Positions 16,389-27,328 of a stretch of DNA of 64,000 nucleotides are shown here, piece by piece. The stretch lies in contig DATCUQ010000020.1 in NCBI GenBank assembly GCA_036567345.1, positions 48,742-112,741 of the forward strand, written 5' to 3'. Position 1 is the stretch's first letter. Each line of letters opens with the position of its first letter. A program made the translations under genes and the position numbers. The stretch is from Lutibacter sp. GTDB lineage: Bacteria; Bacteroidota; Bacteroidia; Flavobacteriales; Flavobacteriaceae. The notes below the pieces were generated by a model. That model searched no databases. It was not told the DNA's origin and worked only from the letters and a program-made list of their open reading frames with translations.

Positions 16389-18917
16389 TTAAAATTTAAT
16401 TTTTGCACTGATATTAAATGTTCTTCCAAAACCGAACCAAACCAAAGCCGAATCAGCGTCGTTAGTTTGTCCATCTAAAGCATCCGCTACATATTCAGTA
16501 TCAAAAACATTGTTCATTCTTGCTATAAGCGTAGTGTCTAAGTCACCAATTTTGAATCCGTATCTCACACTTGCATCAAAAGTTCCATAATCTGGCACTT
16601 TCCAAGGTTGCGGTGTGCCAGGTGTAGTTCTGCTGTCAGGATTATAATCTGCATATAAATCTGCATAGTAGTTATAATCTACCGTAAAATGTGCTTTAGG
16701 CATTAATTCATAGTCAAAACCTAATGCCGCAGTAGTTTGGGCTGCATCAGAAACTTTTAAACCTTCAATAAATAAATTGTATGGATTTCCAATAGGGTTT
16801 TGGGCATCATCATAAACCTGAACATTTTCAATATTATTATTCCATTTCCAGTCACCTAAAGAAAGCATACCAATTACAGTTAATTTATCTGAAGGTTGGT
16901 AATTAAAGTCAAATTCAACTCCTTGATGAAGCGCATTAACTCCTAATAAGTTGGCAAAATAGGTAACGTTATTATTTCTAATTGATCGGGTAAAAGTCCT
17001 GTCATTCCATTCAGTTCTGTAAACGTTTAAGTTTGCAGCAAATTTTTCACCTCTAAATCCGTAGCCTAATTCTGCACTGAATATTTTTTGATTTTCAGCC
17101 TTATCATTAATTCTTACGTTGTCATTATTTGGAAAAACAGCTTGAAAGCCTGGGGCTTTTTCAAAATACCCAATATTTGCGAAAATGTTTTGAGTATCAG
17201 TTAAGTTATAATTTGCACCACCTTTTACACTATATCCTTCAAAATTATAGGTATCAGTTTTTCGTAAAGGATCATTGTCTAAATATAAAAAATAATCAAT
17301 TCTTTGGTATGACGTATTGGAACCGGCAACAGAAACGAAGGCAGATAAATTGTCTTTAGAATACTCCAATTGGGTAAACAATCCTTGCCATCCCACTTTT
17401 CCATCATTGTTATAGCTATATTTATCACCAACTTTTAGCGCTCTATTAGGATTGTTGATGTCGCTGTTGTCTATTACAAATGCACCACCCAATAAATCTG
17501 TTAATTCGGTAAAGTGTTTACCTGTATAGGTTCTTAAGTCAATTCCAGCGATAAAATCTAAATTATCATTTAAGGCAGTTTTGAAAGTTGATAATGCACC
17601 AAACCAGCTATGATCATTTCTGGAGGCTCTTAGCCAAGATATAGCGCCTAATTGACCATTTTCTCTGTTAATATCAACAATATTATCTAAATCTACCGGT
17701 TGGTCACTTCCGCCCAATCTTACATTAAATAACCCATAGTCACCGGCAATTCCGCCGCCACCTCCTGTACCCCAAGAAGCATAAAGCGCAGTTGATAAAT
17801 TGGTCTTATCACTAATTGTCCAATAATGATTTAAGGAAGATTGAGATTTATGATAAAAGTTATCTTCAAAACTTAAAATCTCTCCATTTTTAATACCCCA
17901 GTCTGGATTAAATTTATTGCCGCTTTCCGCGTTTCTAAATGTTGCAATCGTGCTTCTGTTGGCTCTTTGTCCATGCCATTGAGGCGCGCCAAAAGTGGTA
18001 AAAGACAATTTATGGTTGGCATTTAACTGATTGGAAATGTTTAAAAAGTAATTATAACCTTCAAATTGTGTTCCGTCAACATAGCCATCTCCTTTAGTTT
18101 TGGATGCAGAAGCAGTTACCGCGAAACCATTTTCTAATAAACCTGTTGACACTGTAGCTCCATATTTTTGGTAACCATCATTACCGGTAGAAACAAATAT
18201 GTTACCGCCTTTTTCTACATCAGTAGTTTTTGATAAAATATTAATTGTTCCACCAATAGAAGGCACTGCTACTTTTGATGCTCCTAAACCTCTTTGCACC
18301 TGCATAGCGCTTGTAACATCACTTAAACCAGCCCAGTTACTCCAGTAAACTCTTCCGTTTTCCATATCATTAACAGGTACACCGTTAATCATTACGGCTA
18401 CGTTTTCAGAGTTAAAACCTCTTAGGTTTAATCTTCCATCACCGAAACCACCTCCAGATTTAGTTGCATATACACCGGGCGTAGATTTTAATATTTCCGG
18501 AAATTCTTGAGATCCTAGTTTGTTTTCAATAATATCTGCTTTAATTGTGGAAACAGCTACAGGTGTTTTTCTTTCAATAGCAAACGATGTTGCCGTAATC
18601 ACTATTTCATCCAAAGTTTCAGCCGAAGGTTTTAAGGCAATTGTCCCTAAATTGGCACTTCCTTTAAAAGTTACCGATGTTGTTTCATAGCCAACAAATG
18701 AAACTTGTAAAATACCGCCAGAAACAGAAGTTTCAAAAGTAAAATTTCCATCAAAATCTGTAGTAGTACCTGCTTTAGTGCCTTTAACAATTAAAGTAGC
18801 GCCAGGTAGTGGCTGATTTGATTCGTCAACAACCTTACCCGTAAGCTTGGTTTGGGCGAAAATAGCAGTTGAACTAATAAATAGCACTGCGATTAACAAA
18901 TTTTTAAATTTTCTCAT
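16389..18917 (-). CDS. TonB-dependent outer-membrane receptor with N-terminal carboxypeptidase-regulatory-like domain
   Basis: KLTGKVVDESNQPLPGATLIVKGT (CarbopepD_reg-like), plug and barrel regions, and a C-terminal aromatic residue (..AKIKF). Confidence 0.9.
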   Translation of the reverse strand: MRKFKNLLIAVLFISSTAIFAQTKLTGKVVDESNQPLPGATLIVKGTKAGTTTDFDGNFTFETSVSGGILQVSFVGYETTSVTFKGSANLGTIALKPSAETLDEIVITATSFAIERKTPVAVSTIKADIIENKLGSQEFPEILKSTPGVYATKSGGGFGDGRLNLRGFNSENVAVMINGVPVNDMENGRVYWSNWAGLSDVTSAMQVQRGLGASKVAVPSIGGTINILSKTTDVEKGGNIFVSTGNDGYQKYGATVSTGLLENGFAVTASASKTKGDGYVDGTQFEGYNYFLNISNQLNANHKLSFTTFGAPQWHGQRANRSTIATFRNAESGNKFNPDWGIKNGEILSFEDNFYHKSQSSLNHYWTISDKTNLSTALYASWGTGGGGGIAGDYGLFNVRLGGSDQPVDLDNIVDINRENGQLGAISWLRASRNDHSWFGALSTFKTALNDNLDFIAGIDLRTYTGKHFTELTDLLGGAFVIDNSDINNPNRALKVGDKYSYNNDGKVGWQGLFTQLEYSKDNLSAFVSVAGSNTSYQRIDYFLYLDNDPLRKTDTYNFEGYSVKGGANYNLTDTQNIFANIGYFEKAPGFQAVFPNNDNVRINDKAENQKIFSAELGYGFRGEKFAANLNVYRTEWNDRTFTRSIRNNNVTYFANLLGVNALHQGVEFDFNYQPSDKLTVIGMLSLGDWKWNNNIENVQVYDDAQNPIGNPYNLFIEGLKVSDAAQTTAALGFDYELMPKAHFTVDYNYYADLYADYNPDSRTTPGTPQPWKVPDYGTFDASVRYGFKIGDLDTTLIARMNNVFDTEYVADALDGQTNDADSALVWFGFGRTFNISAKIKF

Positions 18918-19355
18918 TGTTTAATTTGAATTTGAGTTAAATGTTTGTGCAAAAATGGTCATTTTTACCAAATGAATCATTAATAAATTGTTAATTTTTA
19001 ACAAAAAATTAAGACAAATAAATGTAGTAAAAAACACCTTTAAAACTGATTTGCATTAATTTATATATTAACAGTTTATTAACAGATGTTAAATTTTGGC
19101 ATAGGTTGCTTAAAGAATAAAAACAATAATGGACCAAATAGGAGATTGAAGCTCTTACAGTTTGAAGGACATTTAGTTAGACGGAAATAATATGTTTAGA
19201 TTTTTTCACAAAAAAACGGCATCATTAATTAAAAATCAGCCGTTTCTGTTTGAAAGTTAAAAATGAAATATTTTAAGCCGCTGTTCAAAAAAATGAGGAT
19301 AGTTTCATCGCGTTATTATTTGCTCAAAATTTCAATCATTGCCTATTGGCAATAA

Positions 19356-20918
19356 TTATTTTTGAAGATATTTATTGGCCAATTCTTTTCCAAGTTCAAC
19401 GCCGAATTGGTCGAAGCTGAAAATGTTCCATATAATTCCTTGCATAAATATTTTGTGTTCATAAAAAGCAATGAGGCTTCCCAATGTTTTAGGCGTTAGT
19501 TTGGTAATTAAAATAGAGGTGCTTGGTTTATTTCCTTCAAAAACTTTATAAGGCAACAAGGTTTCTATTTCGTCCATTTTGCCTTGCATTTTTAAATCCA
19601 AATGCGCTTCTTCTTTCGTTTTTCCTTCGGCCAATGCTTGGGTTTGCGCATAAAAATTGGCCATTAATTTGGTATGATGCTCGGTGTTTCCGTAAAGGGA
19701 TTCTTTAAATCCTATAAAATCAGCAGGAATTAATTTGGTTCCCTGATGCAATAATTGCATAAAGGCATGTTGGGCGTTTGTGCCCGTGCTTCCCCAAATA
19801 ATATTTCCTGTTTGGTAAGTTACCCGTTTTCCATTTCTGTCGATACTTTTACCATTACTCTCCATAATGGCTTGTTGCAGGTATGGCGCAAATTTGCTTA
19901 AATACTGCGTATAAGGCAAAATAACTTCGGTTTCCGCGTTAAAAAAATTGGTGTACCAAATACCTATCAAGCTTAAAACTACCGGCGCATTGTTTTTAAA
20001 TGGCGTGTTTTTAAAATGTTCGTCCATTTCATAAGCGCCAATCAGCAATTCTTTAAAATTATTGAAGCCAACAGCCAAACTTATGGTTAAACCAACGGTG
20101 CTCCATAATGAAAATCGGCCGCCAACCCAATCCCACATAGGGAAAATATTTTCCGTGTCAATGCCAAAATTATTCGCTGCGGTTAAGTTTGTGGATACGG
20201 CCACAAAATGTTTTGCAACATCATTTTCTGAAGCAGTTTGCAAAAACCATTTTTTTATGGTGGTTGAATTGGTCAACGTTTCTTGCGTGGTAAATGTTTT
20301 AGAAACAATGACAAACAAGGTGGTTTCCGGATTTAAGGTTTTAATCACTTCCTGAACATGGTCGCCGTCAACATTTGAAACAAAATGGACGTTTAAATGG
20401 TTTTTGTAATATTTTAAAGACTCAACCACCATATCCGGACCTAAATCAGAGCCGCCAATCCCAATATTTACAACATCTGTGATTGATTTGTTTGTATATC
20501 CTTTCCAGTTTCCAGAAACAATTTTATTGGTAAAAGACTCCATTTTATTTAAGGCATCTTTTATGTCAATCATAATGTTTTTTCCTTCAAGAAAAATAGG
20601 TTCATTTGATTGATTTCTTAACGCGGTGTGCAATACCGCCCTATTTTCGGTTTTATTGATTTTTTCTCCAGAAAAATAAGCTTTTATCGCACTTTCCAAA
20701 TCAACTTCATGGGCCAATTCCAATAAATATTTCAGGGTTTCTTCCGTAATCCTGTTTTTTGAATAGTCAAATTCAAAATCGTTGAAATTGATGGTGAATT
20801 TCTTTTTTCGATCAGCATCATTATTAAACAATGATTTTAAATGAACTGATTGTAAAGTTTTATAATGAGAAGTTAGCGATTGCCAAGCTTTTGTTTCTGT
20901 TGGGTTGATGTTCTTCAT
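19356..20918 (-). CDS. pgi: glucose-6-phosphate isomerase
   Basis: 520 aa. The N-terminal [15 protein letters not shown] and GIGGSDLGP motifs are typical of PGI. Confidence 0.92.
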   Translation of the reverse strand: MKNINPTETKAWQSLTSHYKTLQSVHLKSLFNNDADRKKKFTINFNDFEFDYSKNRITEETLKYLLELAHEVDLESAIKAYFSGEKINKTENRAVLHTALRNQSNEPIFLEGKNIMIDIKDALNKMESFTNKIVSGNWKGYTNKSITDVVNIGIGGSDLGPDMVVESLKYYKNHLNVHFVSNVDGDHVQEVIKTLNPETTLFVIVSKTFTTQETLTNSTTIKKWFLQTASENDVAKHFVAVSTNLTAANNFGIDTENIFPMWDWVGGRFSLWSTVGLTISLAVGFNNFKELLIGAYEMDEHFKNTPFKNNAPVVLSLIGIWYTNFFNAETEVILPYTQYLSKFAPYLQQAIMESNGKSIDRNGKRVTYQTGNIIWGSTGTNAQHAFMQLLHQGTKLIPADFIGFKESLYGNTEHHTKLMANFYAQTQALAEGKTKEEAHLDLKMQGKMDEIETLLPYKVFEGNKPSTSILITKLTPKTLGSLIAFYEHKIFMQGIIWNIFSFDQFGVELGKELANKYLQK

Positions 20919-20946
20919 GGTCTTGATTTAAGAAATTAGTGCTTCA

Positions 20947-22185
20947 TTAAAGATGAAAAATGGAATTTTTTTCGGGATATGCTATTGAATCTAACTGAAC
21001 TTTAAGTGGTTCAATAAATTTTTTATAGGCAGGTATTTTAGCTTTTTTCATAGGTTCAGAATTTGGAAATTTTTGTCTTAAAGGGTCAACCTGCACCCCG
21101 TTTTTCCAAAAACGATAACACACATGCGGCCCGGCAGTGTTTCCCGTCATCCCAATATAACCAATAACTTCCCCTTGTTTTACATATTCTCCAACTTTCA
21201 CAGCACGTTTGCTCATATGCAAATATTGCGTGCTGTAAGTGCCGTTATGACGTATTTTAACGTAGTTTCCATTACCTCCGGCATAACGAGATTCAGTTAC
21301 GGTGCCGTTGGCTGTAGCCTCAATTGGAGTTCCAATTGGCGCCGCATAATCTGTGCCTTTATGCGCCCTAATTTTGTTTCCGTAATAGGCAATACGTCTT
21401 TTTAAATTGTATTTTGAAGACAATCTTCCGAATTTTATAGGCATTTTTAAAAATTGCCGACGTAAAATATTGGCTTTGTCATCGTAATACTCTGAAGCTT
21501 TCTTGGTTGAATCCACAACATAATTAAATGCGTAAAATGGTTTTTCATCATGCTCAAAATAGGCGGCTTTTATTTTCCCAATTCCAACTGGAATAGTGTC
21601 TTCAATATAAAACTGCTCGTATATTAATTTGAATTTATCATTTTTTTGAAGTTTGGAAAAATCGATGGCCCAAGCAAAAACCTCATCCGCCATTTTATAG
21701 GTTAAATAGGAACTTAAGCCTTGACTTTGGATGGCATGTGAAAGACTGCTTGTTATAACACCTGAAGCCGTTTCAATTTTTGTTTTGATAGGCCTTTTTC
21801 CATTATATATGGTGATAACAGAGTCCTGAAAATCGATAACTGAGTAAAGAATTTTCGACTGTCTATAAAAAAATACTTGTGCTTGTTGGGTTGAATCGTT
21901 TTTAGCCAAAATGGTATAAGGTATTCCGGCTTTAAGACTTCTAATATTGAAAGAATCTTTTATTACAGTGACAATCTCATGTATTTTTGAGTTGTCAATA
22001 TGATGTCTGGTCAATATTTCACTAAAATTCTCTCCAGACCGAATGGTGTCATGTATTACCTTATAATCGTTAAGTCTATAACCAAATTCAAAAACAATTT
22101 TTGGTTTAGGAATTATGATTTCTGGTTTTTCATCTTTACAGGAAATACTTAAAACAACAAATAGAAGGGCAAATAATTTTTTCAA
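20947..22185 (-). CDS. M23 family metallopeptidase (lipoprotein)
   Basis: HKGTDYAAPIGTP...GNYVKIRH...GMTGNTAGPHVCYRF zinc-site pattern. Lipobox LSISC. Confidence 0.85.
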   Translation of the reverse strand: MKKLFALLFVVLSISCKDEKPEIIIPKPKIVFEFGYRLNDYKVIHDTIRSGENFSEILTRHHIDNSKIHEIVTVIKDSFNIRSLKAGIPYTILAKNDSTQQAQVFFYRQSKILYSVIDFQDSVITIYNGKRPIKTKIETASGVITSSLSHAIQSQGLSSYLTYKMADEVFAWAIDFSKLQKNDKFKLIYEQFYIEDTIPVGIGKIKAAYFEHDEKPFYAFNYVVDSTKKASEYYDDKANILRRQFLKMPIKFGRLSSKYNLKRRIAYYGNKIRAHKGTDYAAPIGTPIEATANGTVTESRYAGGNGNYVKIRHNGTYSTQYLHMSKRAVKVGEYVKQGEVIGYIGMTGNTAGPHVCYRFWKNGVQVDPLRQKFPNSEPMKKAKIPAYKKFIEPLKVQLDSIAYPEKNSIFHL

Positions 22186-22247
22186 TATAGGCTATTTTAA
22201 CAATTAAATCTGATTGAACAAATGAATTGCGAAAATACGATTTAATT

Positions 22248-23078
22248 TCAAAAAATTATGTTAAAAGGGTGTGCTAAACCTTTATATTCATCTAAATCTG
22301 CTCGCAGAGAGCCCACAGCAAGTGAAGCTTTAATTAGTAGCGGAATTTTATTTTCGTCATCACTAATCCAAATAGTAAGGCTTTCCTGTTCTTTAAAAAC
22401 ACGTCCTGCCTGGACCATTGGTTTAAATTTTAAGGCTTTAACTTTGCCAAATTTGGTTTTTACCACTTCTTTTCCTAAAAAATGAAGTTGAAAATTTGTG
22501 GTTTCCTGGTCAAGGAACATTTTTAATTCAATTTTATCACCAGCTTTCAAATTGGTTAAATTTTGATTTCTCAAATAGTATAAAGAAGAAAGTAAATCCT
22601 GTATGTCATCACCAATAGGATGTTTATTTACCGTATTGTGTTTGTGGTTTTTTACGGTAGCTTCATTTTTGTCATGATTGAATAAAATTTCTTCATCTTT
22701 GGTATATCCGCCTTCATCAATTTTTCTGATGAATCGATACGGCAACAAAGATTCTTTGTACATAAAGGTTTGATAATCGTCTTTTACATTAAAAAACAAA
22801 CTTACAATTCCTGTTGAGGTTCCTTTCCCAAGAATATGGAACGCTGCTTTTTGGTTATTTGTAGTTTCCCGTACTTCCATGGTTGAAAAACCTGCATTTA
22901 AAAAATTGCTGTAGCTCATTTTAAACTTTAGCCACTCTCCTTTTTGAAAAGCAAACACTTGCGGGGAATCTTTTGTTTTTGATGCAGCTTCAAATGATTT
23001 TTCATTCATTTTTTGAACGGATTGCCCAATGGAAGTAAATGCAATTAAAAAAATAAAAATGTGTAATATGTTTTTCAT
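22248..23078 (-). CDS. DUF3108-like secreted protein
   Basis: Signal peptide. The family call rests on recollection of the conserved flavobacterial family pattern (FQKGEWLKFKMSY...). Confidence 0.55.
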   Translation of the reverse strand: MKNILHIFIFLIAFTSIGQSVQKMNEKSFEAASKTKDSPQVFAFQKGEWLKFKMSYSNFLNAGFSTMEVRETTNNQKAAFHILGKGTSTGIVSLFFNVKDDYQTFMYKESLLPYRFIRKIDEGGYTKDEEILFNHDKNEATVKNHKHNTVNKHPIGDDIQDLLSSLYYLRNQNLTNLKAGDKIELKMFLDQETTNFQLHFLGKEVVKTKFGKVKALKFKPMVQAGRVFKEQESLTIWISDDENKIPLLIKASLAVGSLRADLDEYKGLAHPFNIIF

Positions 23079-23135
23079 GTATTGTTTTTTAACTAATTGT
23101 TTTTGTAAAAATACAATTATCGCGCCAAAATTAAT

Positions 23136-23166
23136 AAAAGCTTAACATATATGCCGTTAAGCTTTT
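23136..23166 (-). terminator. intrinsic terminator after hppD
   Basis: AAAAGCTTAAC...GTTAAGCTTTT hairpin with a T-rich tail on the minus strand. Confidence 0.6.
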
Positions 23167-23183
23167 ATTAAATGTGAATAAAA

Positions 23184-24341
23184 TTACAACGTTCCTCTGC
23201 GCTCCTGTTCAGCTTCTATTGATTCAAACAAGGCTTTAAAATTTCCTTTTCCAAACGATTGCGCGCCTTTTCTTTGAATAATTTCAAAAAAAAGTGTCGG
23301 TCTGTCAGTTACGGGTTTGGTGAAAATTTGCAATAAATAACCTTCATCATCCCTGTCAACCAAAATTCCGAGATCTTTTAATGCTGCCAAATCTTCATCA
23401 ATTTCACCAACTCTGTCCAATACGGTGTCATAATAAGAGCCGGGAACATGCAAAAATTCAACGCCGCGTTCGGTCAATGCTTTTACGGTTTCCAAAATAT
23501 TGTTGGTGGCAACGGCGATATGTTGCACACCTGAACCATTGTAAAAGTCTAAATATTCTTCAATTTGTGATTTTTTTGTGCCTTCGGCCGGTTCATTAAT
23601 GGGAAATTTAACGCGTCCGTTGCCGTTGGTCATCACTTTGCTCATTAACGCCGTATATTTTGTTGAAATATCTTTGTCGTCAAAAGTAATCAGGTTGGCA
23701 AATCCCATCACTTCATTATAAAATTTTGCCCAAACATTCATTTCGTTCCAGCCTACATTCCCAACCATATGGTCAATATAACGCAAACCGACATCAGCTG
23801 GATTATGGCTCGAATTCCATTTCACAAACTTTGGCAAAAACAGGCCGTTGTAATTTTTTCGTTCCACAAAAATGTGAACGGTGTCACCGTAAGTGTGAAT
23901 TCCGGAACGAATAACTTCTCCGTTTTCATCGCTTTCTTTGGTAGGCTTCATGAACGATTTTGCGCCCCGTTTGGTGGTTTCTTCCCAAGCTTTTGTGGCA
24001 TCTTCCACCCAAAGCGCCACAACTTTTACGCCATCACCATGTTTTTGAATGTGGTCAAAAATTTCCTTGTTATTTTTGTTTGGCATTGGTGTGGTGAGTA
24101 CCAATTTTATTTTATCCTGAACCAAAACGTAACTTGTTCTGTCTGTTAAACCTGTTTCCAATCCGGCATAAGCCAACGATTGAAATCCGAATGCGGTTTT
24201 ATAATAATGTGCTGCCTGTTTGGCGTTTCCAACATACATTTCCACATAATCAGTTCCCAATAATGGCAAGAAATCTTGCGCTTCAGGAAATATTTTTTCC
24301 AGTCCGTAGTTGAAATTTTGTGTATTTTTTAGATTTGACAT
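23184..24341 (-). CDS. hppD: 4-hydroxyphenylpyruvate dioxygenase
   Basis: 385 aa with two VOC-fold halves. The motifs GVQHIAVAT and LLQIFTKP are typical of HPPD. Confidence 0.9.
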   Translation of the reverse strand: MSNLKNTQNFNYGLEKIFPEAQDFLPLLGTDYVEMYVGNAKQAAHYYKTAFGFQSLAYAGLETGLTDRTSYVLVQDKIKLVLTTPMPNKNNKEIFDHIQKHGDGVKVVALWVEDATKAWEETTKRGAKSFMKPTKESDENGEVIRSGIHTYGDTVHIFVERKNYNGLFLPKFVKWNSSHNPADVGLRYIDHMVGNVGWNEMNVWAKFYNEVMGFANLITFDDKDISTKYTALMSKVMTNGNGRVKFPINEPAEGTKKSQIEEYLDFYNGSGVQHIAVATNNILETVKALTERGVEFLHVPGSYYDTVLDRVGEIDEDLAALKDLGILVDRDDEGYLLQIFTKPVTDRPTLFFEIIQRKGAQSFGKGNFKALFESIEAEQERRGTL

Positions 24342-24351
24342 TTTTTAATAT

Positions 24352-25512
24352 TTATTCAGTTATCCAAGATTTATAATAATCGTCTACTTGCAAATTCATG
24401 GCTTCTTCGGTAATCATCATCGGTTTAAAAGGATCAATCATCACAGCCAATTCTTCGGTGAATTTTTTCCCGACACTTCTCTCGATAGCGCCCGGATGCG
24501 GTCCGTGCGGAATTCCACCGGGATGCAGGGTGATTTGTCCTTTTTCAATATTGTTCCGGCTCATAAAATCACCATCTACATAATACAATATTTCTTCTGA
24601 ATCGATATTGCTGTGGTGGTAAGGTGCCGGAATTGATTTCGGATGGTAATCGTACATTCTTGGCACGAAAGAACAAACCACAAATCCGGAAGCTTCCCAA
24701 GTTTGGTGAATTGGCGGCGGCATATGAATGCGCCCTGTAATTGGTTCAAAATCGTGGATGGAAAAAGCATACGGATAATTAAATCCGTCCCAGCCAACAG
24801 CATCAAAAGGATGATTTTTGTAGTTATATTCCCAAAGCATGCCTTGTTTTTTAATATAAATTTTGAAGTTGCCTTTTTCATCGTGGGTTTCTAAATTGCT
24901 CGGCAATTTGAAATCTCGTTCGCAAAAAGGCGAAGTTTCCAACAATTGCCCGAAATTATTTCGATAGCGTTTTGGCGTTAGGATCGGACTAAATGATTCA
25001 ATGTAAAGCAATCGGTTTTCTTGCGTGTCAAAGTCAATTTGATAAACAGTTCCTCTTGGAATAATCACATAATCGCCATATTTAAAAGCGATATTTCCAT
25101 ACATCGTTTTTAAGGTGCCGGAGCCAACGTGCACAAAAAGCATTTCATCGGCATCGGCATTTTTATAAAAGTAGGAAGAAGAAAATGCTGTGGGGGCGGC
25201 CAAACCGATATGCAAATCGCTGTTTACAAATACAGTTTTTCTGCTTTCCAGATAATCGGCCTCTGGTTTTAAGGAAAATCCTTTAAAACTGAGCGCTTTC
25301 ATATTTTTGTCGATGGCAATTTTTGGAGTTACATCTTTCACTTTTTTGATTTCCGTAACCACGGTGGGCGGATTCAAATGGTAGATTAATGAAGACATTC
25401 CTGCAAAACCCGCGGTACCGAAAAGCTCTTCCTGATACAATCCGCCTGTTGGTTTTTCAAAAGTGGTGTGACGTTTTGGCGGAATTTTACCCAATGAATA
25501 ATATCTAGGCAT
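24352..25512 (-). CDS. hmgA: homogentisate 1,2-dioxygenase
   Basis: 386 aa of the short bacteroidete type. It lies directly upstream of hppD with a 10-nt gap. Confidence 0.85.
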   Translation of the reverse strand: MPRYYSLGKIPPKRHTTFEKPTGGLYQEELFGTAGFAGMSSLIYHLNPPTVVTEIKKVKDVTPKIAIDKNMKALSFKGFSLKPEADYLESRKTVFVNSDLHIGLAAPTAFSSSYFYKNADADEMLFVHVGSGTLKTMYGNIAFKYGDYVIIPRGTVYQIDFDTQENRLLYIESFSPILTPKRYRNNFGQLLETSPFCERDFKLPSNLETHDEKGNFKIYIKKQGMLWEYNYKNHPFDAVGWDGFNYPYAFSIHDFEPITGRIHMPPPIHQTWEASGFVVCSFVPRMYDYHPKSIPAPYHHSNIDSEEILYYVDGDFMSRNNIEKGQITLHPGGIPHGPHPGAIERSVGKKFTEELAVMIDPFKPMMITEEAMNLQVDDYYKSWITE

Positions 25513-25764
25513 AATTGTATATTTTTTTAGTTATGAATTCCCTAAAAAAGGGTTTGTAGTAATTTTATGAATTATGTCCAATAATTTAATCATTTTGGAC
25601 GGAATCATAACATTAAAGTTACAAAATTTTTAGTTTGAAACTTTAACCATGAAGATTTTCATTCAGGATTTCTCTTGATTAAGAACTTTAGAAGTATCAA
25701 TAATTCTGTCCAAGCTGTTTGCATATCTTACAAAGATAAAAATATTTTTGACTATTTAATGAAA

Positions 25765-25795
25765 TAAAAAAGAGCACTTTAGGTGCTCTTTTTTA
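25765..25795. terminator. bidirectional intrinsic terminator
   Basis: AAAAAAGAGCAC TTTAG GTGCTCTTTTTT. Confidence 0.75.
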
Positions 25796-25812
25796 TGTCA
25801 TTATTTTATAAG

Positions 25813-26061
25813 CTAAAAAGCAATTCCGTTTACTTCAATCACTTGTAAAATTTGGGGAGCGTGCCTTTTGATGGTGGCTTCAACCCCATTTTTTAAAGTC
25901 ATCTGGTTTACGGAGCAACCCAAACAATTGCCTTCAAGCTGAACACTCACAATATTGTCCTGTATTTCAACCAATGTAATGTTTCCGCCATCAGCCTGTA
26001 AAAAAGGCCTGATTTCCTGCAAAGCATTTTCAACAATATTTTTAAGTTCTTCAGCTTCCAT
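25813..26061 (-). CDS. NifU-like Fe-S cluster assembly protein (C-terminal NifU domain)
   Basis: GGNITLVEI...GNCLGCSV CxxC motif. The ATG at 26061 avoids overlap with mrp; the track ORF extends to 26085. Confidence 0.8.
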   Translation of the reverse strand: MEAEELKNIVENALQEIRPFLQADGGNITLVEIQDNIVSVQLEGNCLGCSVNQMTLKNGVEATIKRHAPQILQVIEVNGIAF

Positions 26062-26066
26062 GGTTT

Positions 26067-27194
26067 TTATTTTTTTGTGCTGCAACCGCTCATTGTGGTA
26101 ATTCTAACAATTTCAGTAGGCGGCAAATCGTTGTTTCTTTTCACCAATTGCGACAAGGCGTTTTTGGTAATTTCTGAAAAGGCAATTTCTAAAGGCGTGT
26201 TGTCCTGAAGTGCCACCGGATGTCCAACATCGCCCGATTCCCGAATGCTTTGCACCAAAGGTATTTCACCTAAAAAGGCCACATCAATGTCTTTTGCCAG
26301 GTTTTTTGCGCCGTCTTGCCCAAAAATATAGTATTTGTTAGTTGGAAGTTCAGCAGGCGTGAAATAACTCATATTTTCAACAATGCCCAAAACAGGAACA
26401 TTGATGCTTTCTTGTTGAAACATCGCCACGCCTTTTTTGGCATCGGCCAAAGCGATATTTTGAGGCGTACTCACAATGATGGCGCCTGTAACAGGAACTG
26501 CCTGTACAATTGACAAGTGAATATCGCCGGTTCCCGGAGGCAAATCAATCAATAAAAAATCAAGTTCGCCCCAATTTGCATCAAAAATCAATTGGTTTAA
26601 TGCTTTACCTGCCATTGCACCACGCCAAATAACAGCTTGGTTGGCATCAACAAAAAACCCAATCGACAATATTTTTACGCCGTAGCTTTCAACAGGTTGC
26701 ATTTTTGAGGTGCCGTCAACTTCAATCGACAATGGTTTTGCATGCGCCACATCAAACATTAAGTGAATGGAAGGACCATAAACGTCGGCATCTAAAATAC
26801 CCACTTTAAAGCCCATTTTTTGCAATGAAATTGCGATGTTGGCGGTAATGGTCGATTTTCCTACACCACCTTTTCCTGAAGCTACTGCAATAATGTTTTG
26901 AATACCGGGAACTTTAGGGACAGTTTTTTCAGCTGGTTTGTCAGAAACGGTAGTGGTTACATTTACTTTTACATCAGCTTTTACATCCACATGTTGGTGG
27001 ATTGCCTTCATAATTTCAACTTCCATTTTCTTTTTGGCCTGTAACGTTGGATTTCCGATAGCTACATCAACAATAACTTCTTTGTCGAAAGTTACAATAT
27101 TTTTAACAGCGCCGCTTTCAATTAAATTTGTCCCTTCACCAGGCGCAGTAATGGTTTCGAGTGCTTTTGAGATGTCTTTTTTTGTATATGCCAT
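26067..27194 (-). CDS. apbC: Mrp/NBP35 family Fe-S cluster carrier ATPase
   Basis: SGKGGVGKST P-loop with an N-terminal DUF59-like domain. Confidence 0.9.
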   Translation of the reverse strand: MAYTKKDISKALETITAPGEGTNLIESGAVKNIVTFDKEVIVDVAIGNPTLQAKKKMEVEIMKAIHQHVDVKADVKVNVTTTVSDKPAEKTVPKVPGIQNIIAVASGKGGVGKSTITANIAISLQKMGFKVGILDADVYGPSIHLMFDVAHAKPLSIEVDGTSKMQPVESYGVKILSIGFFVDANQAVIWRGAMAGKALNQLIFDANWGELDFLLIDLPPGTGDIHLSIVQAVPVTGAIIVSTPQNIALADAKKGVAMFQQESINVPVLGIVENMSYFTPAELPTNKYYIFGQDGAKNLAKDIDVAFLGEIPLVQSIRESGDVGHPVALQDNTPLEIAFSEITKNALSQLVKRNNDLPPTEIVRITTMSGCSTKK

Positions 27195-27245
27195 GTTGTT
27201 TATATAAAATCATTCTAAACAACAAAGATACAGATTTAAATGAAT

Positions 27246-27270
27246 TCACAAAGTCACAAAGTTACAAAAG
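27246..27270. repeat. short tandem 'CACAAAG' word repeat
   Basis: TCACAAAGTCACAAAGTTACAAAAG. It belongs to the same word family as the CGCAAAG repeats near mscL. Confidence 0.5.
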
Positions 27271-27328
27271 CCCACCAACTCATATTGGGAATAAAAAAAT
27301 CCAAAATCTAAAATTCAGAATCCTAATA

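Noticed and set aside
18918-19355. Riboswitch (e.g. cobalamin or TPP) in the long leader of the TonB-dependent receptor
   Set aside because: I found no B12-box (GCCACTG) and no TPP CUGAGA/ACCUGA-type conserved core on the minus strand. The region is AT-rich with only weak hairpins. This cannot be excluded without a covariance-model scan.
25576-25600. Inverted repeat GTCCAA-N13-TTGGAC upstream of hmgA as a regulator site
   Set aside because: It has only 6-bp arms in a 300-bp AT-rich spacer, which is too short to distinguish from chance without comparative data.
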